Assembly: GCA_963827655.1 (NCBI GenBank)
Contig: CAWHCF010000009.1
Location: 19,791-83,790, forward strand
Source: an uncultured Acidobacteriota bacterium
GTDB taxonomy: Bacteria; Acidobacteriota; UBA6911
Direction: 5' to 3'
DNA: 64,000 nt
This document shows positions 1 to 8,826 of this stretch, piece after piece. The notes under the pieces were generated by a model. That model did not search any database and had not been told where the DNA came from. It saw nothing but the letters and a program-made list of their open reading frames with translations. The translations under genes and the position numbers were made by a program. Each line of letters begins with the position of its first letter. Positions within the stretch are counted from its first letter, which is position 1.

Positions 1-372
1 CTTGCAGAGCAGCCCGAACTCATCAAACGGCGCAGGGCATTTTTCTTCGACTCTCAGGCACTTGGGAAGGAGAAGAAGCCGGCGCTCGAATGGAACCGGA
101 GCGAGGTGTTCCCGCCAGGCTTCGTTGCTTAGCACGACGGCCAGGTAATCACGGTACTTCGGATCGAGGTTGAGCCGATGGCAGAGTTCCTCCGAATGGT
201 TGCGAAGTTCCTCCAGCGAGAGCGGAGGAACCGGGCGGACTTGTTCGACATACCCGATCACGGCCTCCTTGACCCGGTCGCGCTCACCGCGTGTCTGTGG
301 GATGTTTGCCTGCGGTGTGCGGTAAGTCTGAACCGGAACCGGTCGTGGGATATTCAAAATTGGAATCTGCAT
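1..372 (-). CDS. DUF116-domain / polyprenyl synthetase family protein, N-terminal part (runs off window edge)
   Basis: Not in the ORF track; translated by hand from ATG 372 (RBS GAGGAG): MQIPILNIPRPVPVQ...RRLLLLPKCLRVEEKCPAPFDEFGLLCK. LLLPxCLR..C...C is the DUF116 motif. The polyprenyl synthase fusion is inferred from family knowledge and lies outside the window. Confidence 0.7.
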   Translation of the reverse strand, partial: MQIPILNIPRPVPVQTYRTPQANIPQTRGERDRVKEAVIGYVEQVRPVPPLSLEELRNHSEELCHRLNLDPKYRDYLAVVLSNEAWREHLAPVPFERRLLLLPKCLRVEEKCPAPFDEFGLLCK

Positions 373-403
373 GCGCTCCTCGCCTGAGAGTGCGTCCGCT
401 TCC

Positions 404-1597
404 TTAGGTATACGCGCCGAAACCAAAGAACCAGTGCTTCTTGGCAAATCGATAGGCCCAGTGCTCCTCGGGTACTTCATTTCCGGGATTATGCTGACTG
501 TTTCGCCCGGTCAGCCCGCCCAGCTCGACCAGAGCAGTTCCTCTCTGGGTGGTATCCCGGGCGCCATGCCGGAGGACGAGGTCCTGCACCAGGTCGGGGC
601 GCTCCAGAACGATACAGCCGCGCGTCGCGCCTGCCGCAGTCTCGCGGAATTCGCGCAGGAACGAAGATCCGTTCATGGTCTCGAAAAGGCCTCGGCCATC
701 ATGGATCGTCTCCTTGGCGAACTGGATGATCGGGCAGGGCTCGATATCCCCGTAGGGACTGATGTGGTGGCTGACTCCCGTCGCCATCGGGCAGAGCGCC
801 TGGCCCTGATCGTCCCAATAGGCATCGACGATGGCGATCGGCAGCCGGGCCCGCATGCGCACGATAAACCGGCGCACCTGGAGCACCTGTTCCGGAGTGA
901 GCGCGAGCTCCGGAGACGCTTTGGGACCGATCACACGGTAGGTGTGGAACCAGACGTAGTGAACGCCGAGTCCGACCAGCCGGCGAAGCCAGGCCTCCGA
1001 GACCAGGTCGTCGATGTTGGTCCGGCAGACGCTGGTTGCGACCCCGGTGATCAGGCGGTTGCGCCGGCAATTCTCCAGGCCGGCCAGAGTCCGATCGAGC
1101 ACCTGCGCGCGGCCGCGGCGCTCGTCGCTCACCGCGGCAGTCCCCTCGATGCTGACCAACGGACTGGCATTCCCGACGCGGCGCAATTCGCGCGCGACTT
1201 CGTCGCTGATCAGCTGGCCGTTCGTGAAAATCTGAAAGTAGCAGTCCGGGTGCGCCTCCAGAATCCGGAAAAGCTCGGGATGCAGGAAGGGTTCGCCGCC
1301 GAGAATGCCGAAGTAGCTGTTGCCATGTCGCTTCGCATCGTTGAGCAGGCGGTTCATGTCGTCGAGCGAAATGAACTGCCGCGGCGCCTCCACGTCCACC
1401 CAGCACCCCTGGCAGCGGAGCTGGCAGCTATTGATGATCGAGATGAAGAGAAAAGGGGGAAAGTGCTCGCCGCGGCGCAAGCGCTTCTTGTAGAGCTGGA
1501 CCGAACGCATCCCTTTGTAGCCGAAGTTATAGGCAAACTTCCACACCAGCCGTCTGTCCGGTTCGGTCATCATGCGGCGCGCGAAGCTGAGCATCAT
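404..1597 (-). CDS. Radical SAM protein with SPASM/twitch-like C-terminal region
   Basis: CQLRCQGC (CxxxCxxC), GGEPF, FTNG, and C-terminal CP...ISPYGDIEPCP. Confidence 0.92.
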   Translation of the reverse strand: MMLSFARRMMTEPDRRLVWKFAYNFGYKGMRSVQLYKKRLRRGEHFPPFLFISIINSCQLRCQGCWVDVEAPRQFISLDDMNRLLNDAKRHGNSYFGILGGEPFLHPELFRILEAHPDCYFQIFTNGQLISDEVARELRRVGNASPLVSIEGTAAVSDERRGRAQVLDRTLAGLENCRRNRLITGVATSVCRTNIDDLVSEAWLRRLVGLGVHYVWFHTYRVIGPKASPELALTPEQVLQVRRFIVRMRARLPIAIVDAYWDDQGQALCPMATGVSHHISPYGDIEPCPIIQFAKETIHDGRGLFETMNGSSFLREFRETAAGATRGCIVLERPDLVQDLVLRHGARDTTQRGTALVELGGLTGRNSQHNPGNEVPEEHWAYRFAKKHWFFGFGAYT

Positions 1598-1628
1598 AGG
1601 ACGGACCCACCCGTTATACTTTGATTCA

Positions 1629-2498
1629 TCATTCCGAAATTCCCTGTCCCGCGTCTGCCAGCGCGGCCTCTGATCTGACCTTCGCGGCTTCCGCCTTCGC
1701 TCGGATCTGGTCGAGAGAAGGGAGCGACGCCAGCACCTCCGGCGGAATATCGAGCTTTTGCTGGAGCTGAATCAGGCATCGCTGCCGCTCCTTCAAAGCG
1801 CGCTCCTCATCCCGCTCCTTGGAGAACCTGGACTTGGCGCGTGTGCTCCGGTCACGCAGCGCGGCATAGATGTCCCCGCCGAGCAGGGCGGAAATATCGA
1901 CTTTCATCGCTTCGCGGCGAACATCTTCGGTATTCACTTCATCGCCGTTGATGGGGCTGTGCCGGTATTTCGGGAACAGGATGGCCACCTCGGGACAGAC
2001 GCGCGAACAGGCCGGACAGTCGGTCTTGCAGTTGCTCTGGTTCTGCACGCGGATCTTCCCTTCCGGCGAGACCGCGTACACCTCGAACAAACAGAAGCTC
2101 AGGCACTGCATGCAATTCGTGCAGCGCGAATAATCGATGACCGGGAACCAAGGTTTCCAGGCACGGGGCTGAGGCGGCTGCGATTCGGTGCGCAACTGCT
2201 CCGCGATGGCGAGGACGTTGTCCGGTCCTAAACCCTCGATGTCATGAAACTGAACCCGAACCGCTCCCCGGTCATCGATTGCGAGCGCAGGATTCTGCTG
2301 CAGGAAGCGGCCCAGCACCAGAAGGGATCCGCCTGCTGCCGGCAGCGCCAGCGATCCGTTCCCGCGAGCGCACGAAACCGGGAAGCCCTTCTCCAGCAGA
2401 CCCCGGAGAATCAGGCCGCGGTCGGCCTGCGGGAGAGGCCGGCTGCCGGTACCCTCATAGAGAATTACCTGCCACGGGGTGCTGGTGGGCCGGGTCAC
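1629..2498 (-). CDS. 4Fe-4S dicluster ferredoxin-domain protein
   Basis: CTNCMQCLSFC and CKTDCPACSRVCP. GTG start at 2498 overlaps the upstream TGA (GTGA) and has RBS GGAGG. Confidence 0.88.
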   Translation of the reverse strand: MTRPTSTPWQVILYEGTGSRPLPQADRGLILRGLLEKGFPVSCARGNGSLALPAAGGSLLVLGRFLQQNPALAIDDRGAVRVQFHDIEGLGPDNVLAIAEQLRTESQPPQPRAWKPWFPVIDYSRCTNCMQCLSFCLFEVYAVSPEGKIRVQNQSNCKTDCPACSRVCPEVAILFPKYRHSPINGDEVNTEDVRREAMKVDISALLGGDIYAALRDRSTRAKSRFSKERDEERALKERQRCLIQLQQKLDIPPEVLASLPSLDQIRAKAEAAKVRSEAALADAGQGISE

Positions 2499-2848
2499 GA
2501 TTGTTCCTCCTCTTCCGCGACCAGCCTCCCGACAACACTTTCTGCGCTCTCGGTCCTCATATTGAGGATCTGGACCCCCTCCTGCGCCAGCGGCGCCTCG
2601 GCCGCGGCGAAGAGCCATCGGACCGCGCGCGGGTAGCACGCGACGATTTTCAGCGGGCCGCTCCCTAGCTCCTTGAGCGCCGGATCATGGCGCGCGGACA
2701 ACTCACATAGATCAGGTACCGCATCGAAGGCCTGGCCGGAAGCCGCCAGACGGTCCAGTACTTCGCGCTTCACGTCCGCCGGTACCACTTCGGCATAGGC
2801 GCAATGGCAATAGAGAATCCGCGCTCCGGGTTGCTTCACGTCACCCAT
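2495..2848 (-). CDS. Small Cys-rich protein resembling the HdrA N-terminal domain
   Basis: YCHCAY...DLCELS...VACYPRAVRWLF...LNMR parallels HdrA CxCG..LCS..AACSPR..NIRE. ATG 2848 with GGAG RBS. Confidence 0.7.
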   Translation of the reverse strand: MGDVKQPGARILYCHCAYAEVVPADVKREVLDRLAASGQAFDAVPDLCELSARHDPALKELGSGPLKIVACYPRAVRWLFAAAEAPLAQEGVQILNMRTESAESVVGRLVAEEEEQS

Positions 2849-2877
2849 AGAACTCCGCAAAACTCAGATTCCCGTGG

Positions 2878-3047
2878 TAGTGTGGCTCAGACATTCTTCC
2901 GAGCACCCTGTGGCGACGGGCCATTGGCCCGTCGCAAGTAACGTAATCGGCATGCCTTAACCTTAAAAAGTTCAGTAGTGCCCCTCGGGAGCCGGACGGG
3001 CTTGATAGCCCGTCCGCACATATACCGGGAGGTTTTGCGACAATCTC
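2878..3047. repeat. ~165-bp intergenic repeat with two GC hairpins (REP-doublet/MITE-like), copy 1
   Basis: Near-identical to 6158-6318. Palindromes GCGACGGGCCATTGGCCCGTCGC and CGGACGGGCTTGATAGCCCGTCCG. Confidence 0.9.
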
Positions 3048-3147
3048 TGATGACCCGCGCATTCTTCTCACGGCTGCGTCTACTCTCTCGGTCCTTCGTG
3101 CCTCAACTGCTCCACAATACGCTACTCGTAATTGCGAACAGCAGTAT

Positions 3148-3615
3148 TCAGCCATCCGCTCTTTCCTGCTTTTCCAGCATCTTGTCAATGGTGGCGTCCA
3201 GTATCGCGACGTAACCGTGTACGTCCACACTGCCGGGATCGGGCTCTCCGCGGGCCTGGTAGAGCCATCCAAGGTAGGGATTCGAATCAATCAGCGTGAT
3301 GTCCTGTGCGAGTTCGGCGCTGCTCCCGGCGAATTCGCCCCTGATGACCGAATAGACGTCCGTGATTGCTTTGAACCCTTCGATCCAACCTATCGTCTGG
3401 CCGACCGTCACCGGCTCGCCTTCCTTTACTTTGAATTCCAGCTCCACCAGATCACCGAGCATCCGGGTCGCGAACTTGGTCAGGCCCACCCGCACCAATC
3501 CGCCGGCATTCCGGGCAATCCAGTAGTGCGATGCCGTGTACAAAAGATCCACAGGCAAACGGGTCGAGAAGCGCGACCGTTTGTAGTAGACAGTTTCAGG
3601 TGGAGCTGGCTGCAT
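3148..3615 (-). CDS. gcvH: Glycine cleavage H-like lipoyl carrier protein
   Basis: YTASHYW, VGLTKFATRMLGDLV, IEGFKAITDVYSV (lipoyl Lys retained), NPYLGWLY. Confidence 0.88.
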   Translation of the reverse strand: MQPAPPETVYYKRSRFSTRLPVDLLYTASHYWIARNAGGLVRVGLTKFATRMLGDLVELEFKVKEGEPVTVGQTIGWIEGFKAITDVYSVIRGEFAGSSAELAQDITLIDSNPYLGWLYQARGEPDPGSVDVHGYVAILDATIDKMLEKQERADG

Positions 3616-3646
3616 GGCTGCATCCCACGGTTCCCCGAGGCCGGCA

Positions 3647-4780
3647 TTATAGCGTAAGTTCGTGGAGGGCCCAAACCATCCTGGCCAGGTCCGGCGCTTC
3701 CGTAAGGTGAGACCAGGAAAAGCGAATCGCCCCGTCCATCCGCCCGCGGTCCAGTCCCATTGCGCTCAACACGTGGCTGCAGGTGTAGCTCTGGGACGTG
3801 CAGGCGGCTCCGTTCGAGACGGCCACGAGGTCTTTCCAGGCCTCGATCACGACCTCCGCATCGAGATCCGGAAAAGACAGGTTCAGAATGTTCGGCGTCC
3901 GGCGCTCCGGATCGCCGTTGATCCGCGGATGAAATGGTTCCAGGGCTGCCATCAGCCGTCCGCCGAATTCGCGGCAGGCTTGAGCACGGTTCTCGCACTC
4001 CTCGAGCGCCAGTTCGGCGGCCAGACCCAGGCCCGCGATCAGATGGACCGGAAGGGTTCCCGACCGCAGGCCACGCTCCTGACCTCCTCCATACATCAAC
4101 GGAGCGAGGGGGGGCCGTTCGCCATTGCGCCGCCGGGCCACAAGCGCTCCCACTCCTTTCGGCGCGTGAATCTTGTGACCGCTGATACTGATCAAATCGA
4201 TTCGGCGATTCCGCAACGACTCGACGTCCTTGCCGAAGCCCTGAGCGGCATCCGCGTGAAAGTAGACGGGAGACTGGTCCAGAAGTTCGGCAATTCTGGC
4301 CAGCGGCTGAATGACGCCGGTCTCGTTGTTCACGTGCATGACTGAAACCAGGAGGGTATCGCTGCGGAGAGCCGAGAGGACCGAGGCGGGATCAATCCAG
4401 CCGCCCGCATTCGGTTCGACCAGCGTGATCTCGAAACCTTGCTCCCTCAATTGGGCCAGGGGCTCCAGGACGGCGTGATGCTCGATGCGCGTGCTGACAA
4501 TGTGGCGCCGGCCGCTGCGCAACCCATGCGGGGCGAGTCCCAGAAGCGCCAGGTTGTTGCTCTCGGTGGCTCCGCTGGTGAACGTCACTTCGCCGCGCGA
4601 GGCCCCGACCACCTGCGCCACCTGGTCGCGAGCTTTCTCGACGGCGCGGCGGGCACGAATGCCGTACTCGTGAGTTCGGCTGCCGGAGTTGCCGAACTCT
4701 TCTGCAAGGTAGTGGGTGACCACGGCGTAGACCCTGGGATCAATCGGAGTGGTCGCCGCGCAATCGAGATAAACTGCCAT
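3647..4780 (-). CDS. Cysteine desulfurase (group I, DndA-like)
   Basis: YLDCAATTP, FGNSGSRTHEYG, TSGATESNN, SGHKIHAPKGVG (PLP Lys), RSGT, GAACTSQSY (catalytic Cys). Confidence 0.93.
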   Translation of the reverse strand: MAVYLDCAATTPIDPRVYAVVTHYLAEEFGNSGSRTHEYGIRARRAVEKARDQVAQVVGASRGEVTFTSGATESNNLALLGLAPHGLRSGRRHIVSTRIEHHAVLEPLAQLREQGFEITLVEPNAGGWIDPASVLSALRSDTLLVSVMHVNNETGVIQPLARIAELLDQSPVYFHADAAQGFGKDVESLRNRRIDLISISGHKIHAPKGVGALVARRRNGERPPLAPLMYGGGQERGLRSGTLPVHLIAGLGLAAELALEECENRAQACREFGGRLMAALEPFHPRINGDPERRTPNILNLSFPDLDAEVVIEAWKDLVAVSNGAACTSQSYTCSHVLSAMGLDRGRMDGAIRFSWSHLTEAPDLARMVWALHELTL

Positions 4781-4922
4781 CACGTCCTGATTCTCCGGGT
4801 TTCTGTCCCACACAGGATACCCGGGTGATTGCGCAATGTTATCCTGTGTCGCGGTCTTTTCAAATAGGCTGAGATGCGCTCACTTCCGGAAACGCGAGCC
4901 GGCGAGCACTGGAGCTCTCCAA

Positions 4923-5654
4923 GTGGTCCGACTGCTTGATCAAACCCTCTCCTCGCCGGAGGAGAATCTGGCGCTCGACGAAGCGCTCCTTGTAGAGCTC
5001 GAGTGCGCCGTCGACGAGGGGAGGAAGCCTCTTTCCTGCGAGACCCTCCGGTTGTGGGAGAGCCCGGTGCCCTTTGTCACGCTCGGCGCCGGCAGTAAAG
5101 TGCGGGACGAGGTCGATCGCGAACTATGCCATGCCGATAGACTCCCGATCCTGCGCCGCTGCTCCGGGGGTGGAACTGTGGTGCTGGGTCCCGGCTGCTT
5201 GAGTTTCACCCTCATTCTCTCGCTGGAACTTCGTCCCGAGCTGCGCGATGTGCGCGCCAGTTACGACAGGCTGCTGGGCGCGCTGGCACAGGCGTTCGCT
5301 CTCGAAGGCCTCGCGCGCGCGGGCCCGTCGGACCTGGCCTACCACGGGCGGAAGTTTTCAGGAAATGCCCAGATGCGGAAGAGCTCCAGCATGCTCCATC
5401 ATGGAACGATTCTGTACGGCTTCGACCTCGATCTCGTCGACCGGTACCTGCCGGTGCCGAGGTTGATTCCGCGGTACCGTCGCGGGAGATCCCACCGCGA
5501 TTTTCTGTGCAATCTTCCTCTGAACGCCCGACAGGTCCGCGCGGTACTCGCGCGCGCTTTTGAAGCCAATGCCGCGAGCGATGCGGAACTGCCGGAGTAC
5601 TCCCGGTTGGTGGCGGAGAAGTATGCCCGATCGAGCTGGATCGAGCGGCGATGA
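4923..5654 (+). CDS. lplA: Lipoate-protein ligase A family (catalytic domain only)
   Basis: NLALDEALL, LRLWE, RRCSGGGTV, RKFSGNAQ, HHGTIL. Start probably GTG 4923. Confidence 0.9.
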   Translation: MVRLLDQTLSSPEENLALDEALLVELECAVDEGRKPLSCETLRLWESPVPFVTLGAGSKVRDEVDRELCHADRLPILRRCSGGGTVVLGPGCLSFTLILSLELRPELRDVRASYDRLLGALAQAFALEGLARAGPSDLAYHGRKFSGNAQMRKSSSMLHHGTILYGFDLDLVDRYLPVPRLIPRYRRGRSHRDFLCNLPLNARQVRAVLARAFEANAASDAELPEYSRLVAEKYARSSWIERR

Positions 5655-5726
5655 ATCGGGACCTCCGGTGCGCTCACGGGTTTCTGGGTAGACCTGTGAA
5701 GCCGGGTTTCATGTTAAACTTGCGTC

Positions 5727-6086
5727 ATGATGCGCCGACGAGCTACTCGAAACGTCGCCGACCCCGGGAGCGATCTGTTGCTCTTTGAAGGATTCGACTG
5801 TGTGGGCGCGCTCAAGGCGCTGGGCGAGGACACGCGAGTGCGCATCATGGGTCTCTTGCTGGAAGCGCCCCTTGGCGTCTGTGAGATCGCGCGCCGTCTC
5901 GGCACGACCCACTACAACATATCCAAACATCTGCGCATCCTGCGCGAGGCGGGGCTGCTGGACGTCGAAAGGCACGGCCGGGAGCGTCTCTACATGGTGC
6001 CTGAGAGAATCCGGCGCGGCCGAAGAGCGCACGCTAAAGTGCTGGACCTGGGTTGCTGCAGCTTTCAATTCGATCAACGGTCCTGA
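5727..6086 (+). CDS. ArsR/SmtB family transcriptional repressor with C-terminal Cys-Cys
   Basis: LKALGEDTRVRIM, VCEIA, ISKHLRILREAGLL, LDLGCC. Confidence 0.9.
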   Translation: MMRRRATRNVADPGSDLLLFEGFDCVGALKALGEDTRVRIMGLLLEAPLGVCEIARRLGTTHYNISKHLRILREAGLLDVERHGRERLYMVPERIRRGRRAHAKVLDLGCCSFQFDQRS

Positions 6087-6157
6087 GAAGCTGGAAAAAA
6101 ATTGGGGACTGGGCTCAGTCGGCAGAGACGCATAACACAAGCCCAAGGTTCTTGTAC

Positions 6158-6318
6158 TAGCGTGGCTCACACATTCTTCCGAGCACCCTGTGGCGACGGG
6201 CCAGTGGCCCGTCGCAAATAACGTAATCGGATGCCTTAACCTTCAGTTGTGCCCCTCGGGAGCCGGACGGGCTTGATAGCCCGTCCGCACATGTATCGGG
6301 ACGTTTTGAGACAGTCTC
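6158..6318. repeat. ~165-bp intergenic repeat, copy 2
   Basis: Direct copy of 2878-3047, between convergent arsR-like and arsI-like genes; ends TTTTGAGACAGTCTC. Confidence 0.9.
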
Positions 6319-6432
6319 CGAATTCATCTGTACCATCAACCACGCCTGACGGGCGTGGCTACTTTCTGCCGGCTCTTCGAGCCTCTCCAATTTCTTCACA
6401 CCTCCTGAGGCCCGGACTTCGCGCTCACCTTC

Positions 6433-7512
6433 TCACCGGACGCCGAAGTCGGGAGGCTCGTCCTCATCGGCACACGCGGCGTCGCGGACCTTGGGTGCGA
6501 GAAAGACAAACGCCGCGCCGGCCTCTCCCTTCGACAGCATCTGCCAATCATGCACGTTGAGCGGGGTCAGCTCACCGCGGCGAAACACGTTCCCGTAGTC
6601 GTCCGCTACCTGTGCCAGCGGCCCTCGATAGACGGCGTGATGAGTTTTCGCTTTCGAGCGGTGACCCGGTTTCGTGGCCCGGATACGAAATTCGCGCATG
6701 GGCACTCCCGCAACGACGAAGTACGCCGTCTGTGAAAGCGTCTCGAGCTCGACTTCGACAAAGCCGGCCTGAGTGAGCTCCACCACCATTTCGGTCGCGG
6801 TAGGGACATACTCCACGGCCATTGCCGGACCTGGGAGCGACAGCTTTTCATCGTTACCGGGGTAATCGCCCGCCAGTCCGTGGATCTGGATGCTGCCCCC
6901 GGGCCGCAATGCCCGCAGCGCTTCCGGGATCAGTCGATCGCGATGGACTGCGTTAGGGCTGGCGTTGAGACTACCCTCCAGCGCCACTTCGTGCAGTGTG
7001 TTCGCTTCGTGAGGAATCTTGTCGGGAAAGGCTTCGCCCAGACGGTGCGACCAGATCAACCGCGGTTTCGAAACGACGACGGGCGGGTTGAGCGCCTCGA
7101 TTGGAATGGTCGCATCGCCCCGCTCGGGGATGTCTTCGTGAAAGACATAGATTTCCCACAGCATGCGATCCGGATCGGAAACCCAGAACTTCGTCTGACG
7201 GGCATAGCAACACTCGACTCCTTCCTCCCGCCTGGTGCCGATGCCGGCAGCTTCGAGGCGCCTTTGCACCTCCACCAGCTCGTCCGCGTTTCGCACACGC
7301 AAACCGACGTGATTCACGTTCCCGCCCGGCTTGCCGGGGATCAACGATAGTATGAGCGGAGGTTCGGCAAGTTCGAACTTGGCATAATCCCCTCGAACCT
7401 TTGCCGGCTCCACGCCAAGCAGCACTCGGTAGAACGCAACCGATCGTGTGAGGTCGGTCACAGTCAGCGAGGCATGGAACTTCAGAAGCGAGTCGTGAAC
7501 CGGTCCTGCCAT
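6433..7512 (-). CDS. ArsI/CadI-family VOC metalloenzyme fused to a degenerate methyltransferase-like C-terminal domain
   Basis: KFHASL, YAKF, NHVGL, ECCYARQTKFWVSDPD, WEIY (ArsI/CadI signature). C-terminal half has ALRALRPGG and YRGP...DDYGNVFRRGE. Confidence 0.85.
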   Translation of the reverse strand: MAGPVHDSLLKFHASLTVTDLTRSVAFYRVLLGVEPAKVRGDYAKFELAEPPLILSLIPGKPGGNVNHVGLRVRNADELVEVQRRLEAAGIGTRREEGVECCYARQTKFWVSDPDRMLWEIYVFHEDIPERGDATIPIEALNPPVVVSKPRLIWSHRLGEAFPDKIPHEANTLHEVALEGSLNASPNAVHRDRLIPEALRALRPGGSIQIHGLAGDYPGNDEKLSLPGPAMAVEYVPTATEMVVELTQAGFVEVELETLSQTAYFVVAGVPMREFRIRATKPGHRSKAKTHHAVYRGPLAQVADDYGNVFRRGELTPLNVHDWQMLSKGEAGAAFVFLAPKVRDAACADEDEPPDFGVR

Positions 7513-7532
7513 AGTATCCTCCAGATTGATAG

Positions 7533-7625
7533 GTGTCTTGGCGTCTTCGTGTCTTTGTGGTTAGCCCCCCGAAACAAATACCACCAGGATACAAAGACAC
7601 GAAGAAACACCAAGAATCTTTGTGT
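7533..7625. repeat. Inverted CACGAAG/CACAAAG-type short repeat pair (REP-like)
   Basis: GTGTCTTGGCGTCTTCGTGTCTTTGTGG faces CCACCAGGATACAAAGACACGAAGAAACACCAAG. A related unit lies at 25577-25697. Confidence 0.55.
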
Positions 7626-8823
7626 GCCCGGGGGAGGATGACACGGACGGCAAGGAGACTCGCAGCGCCGCAACGCCCAGCGCAGCTATCGCCGGCGCCA
7701 GCATCCAAAGCGCAGGCATGTAGGAGCCTGTCAGCTCCGCGCACTTGGCGAACAGGAGCGGACCCAGTGCTGAAGCCAGCACCGTCAGCATCTGGGCGGC
7801 GCCCTGGATTCTGCCGAGGTGTGCGGCGCCGTAGGCGCGCCGCCAGATAGCAAAGAAGATCACGGTAATCATGCCGCCGGAAAGCCCCATCAGCGCCGCA
7901 AAGACCCATAAACCGGACAGTGCCGTGAGCAGCGGAAACACGGCCAGAGCCAAAGCGTATGCGGCCAGGGCAAGCGCCAGGATACGCTGCATCGACCAAC
8001 GCAGCGTGAGAAACCCGCACCCGAGTTGACCGAACAGCGCGATGAGCGCCGAGCCGGCGAGAAACTGGTGGTACGTCTCGCGGTTGAAGCCACGCTCGGC
8101 AAGCACCGCTTCATTGAACAACCCCAGACCCGAGGAGACGAGACCATACAGCGACGTGGCGCCACCGAAGACCCAGAACGCAGGAGTGGTCAGCGCGTCC
8201 GACAACGACAGCCCCTCGGCTGTTCCGTTCGGCTGCAAACCCGGATCGCTCTTGCCGGGTTCACGAGCGAAGAATAGCACGACCGGCGCCACGAACAAGG
8301 CCAGCGCCCATGCGATCGCGGCCCACGCGTCGCGCCAGCCCCGGTCACGAACCAGGCTGCCGACGATCGTGAACGCGCCGGCGAAGAACAGGCTCAGCAA
8401 CACGGAGTACACGCCCATGGCCAGGCCCACACCGCGGTCGAAGCCTTTGCCTACCACCGTGATGCTCGCAACTGAAAGCGCGCTCTGGCCCAGCGCGCGG
8501 GTGGCGAGAACGAGAAGGAACAAGAACAGGATGCCGCCTGAGAGCCCGCTCATCTGCCAGACGGTCAGGCTCAGGAGCGCCGTGATCAATACCGTGGTCA
8601 GGCGCAAACCGAAGCGATCGAAGATCCGGCCGACCGGAAGGCAGACGACAGCTCCGAGCAGCGTGGCCCAGAGATTGAGGTGCGCGTAAGATATCCGATC
8701 CAGATGCAGGTCCCGCAGCAGTGGCTCTGTGATGAGGCCCAGGCCCTGAGTTCTGCCGGGCAGGGTCGCGACCATGATCAGCGCTCCGACAACGACATTG
8801 ATCCAGGCGCTGATCCGGCGCAT
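7561..8823 (-). CDS. MFS transporter
   Basis: About 12 hydrophobic segments, motif A GRIFDRFGLR, YGAAHLGRIQG. Confidence 0.9.
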   Translation of the reverse strand: MRRISAWINVVVGALIMVATLPGRTQGLGLITEPLLRDLHLDRISYAHLNLWATLLGAVVCLPVGRIFDRFGLRLTTVLITALLSLTVWQMSGLSGGILFLFLLVLATRALGQSALSVASITVVGKGFDRGVGLAMGVYSVLLSLFFAGAFTIVGSLVRDRGWRDAWAAIAWALALFVAPVVLFFAREPGKSDPGLQPNGTAEGLSLSDALTTPAFWVFGGATSLYGLVSSGLGLFNEAVLAERGFNRETYHQFLAGSALIALFGQLGCGFLTLRWSMQRILALALAAYALALAVFPLLTALSGLWVFAALMGLSGGMITVIFFAIWRRAYGAAHLGRIQGAAQMLTVLASALGPLLFAKCAELTGSYMPALWMLAPAIAALGVAALRVSLPSVSSSPGHTKILGVSSCLCILVVFVSGG

Positions 8824-8826
8824 AGC

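Noticed and set aside
371-1624. Long plus-strand ORF opposite the radical SAM gene (also 47204-49105 and similar)
   Set aside because: Antisense shadow ORFs typical of high-GC coding DNA; no motifs.
3148-5654. Canonical glycine cleavage operon
   Set aside because: No gcvT, gcvP or lpd in the window; the context points to another role.
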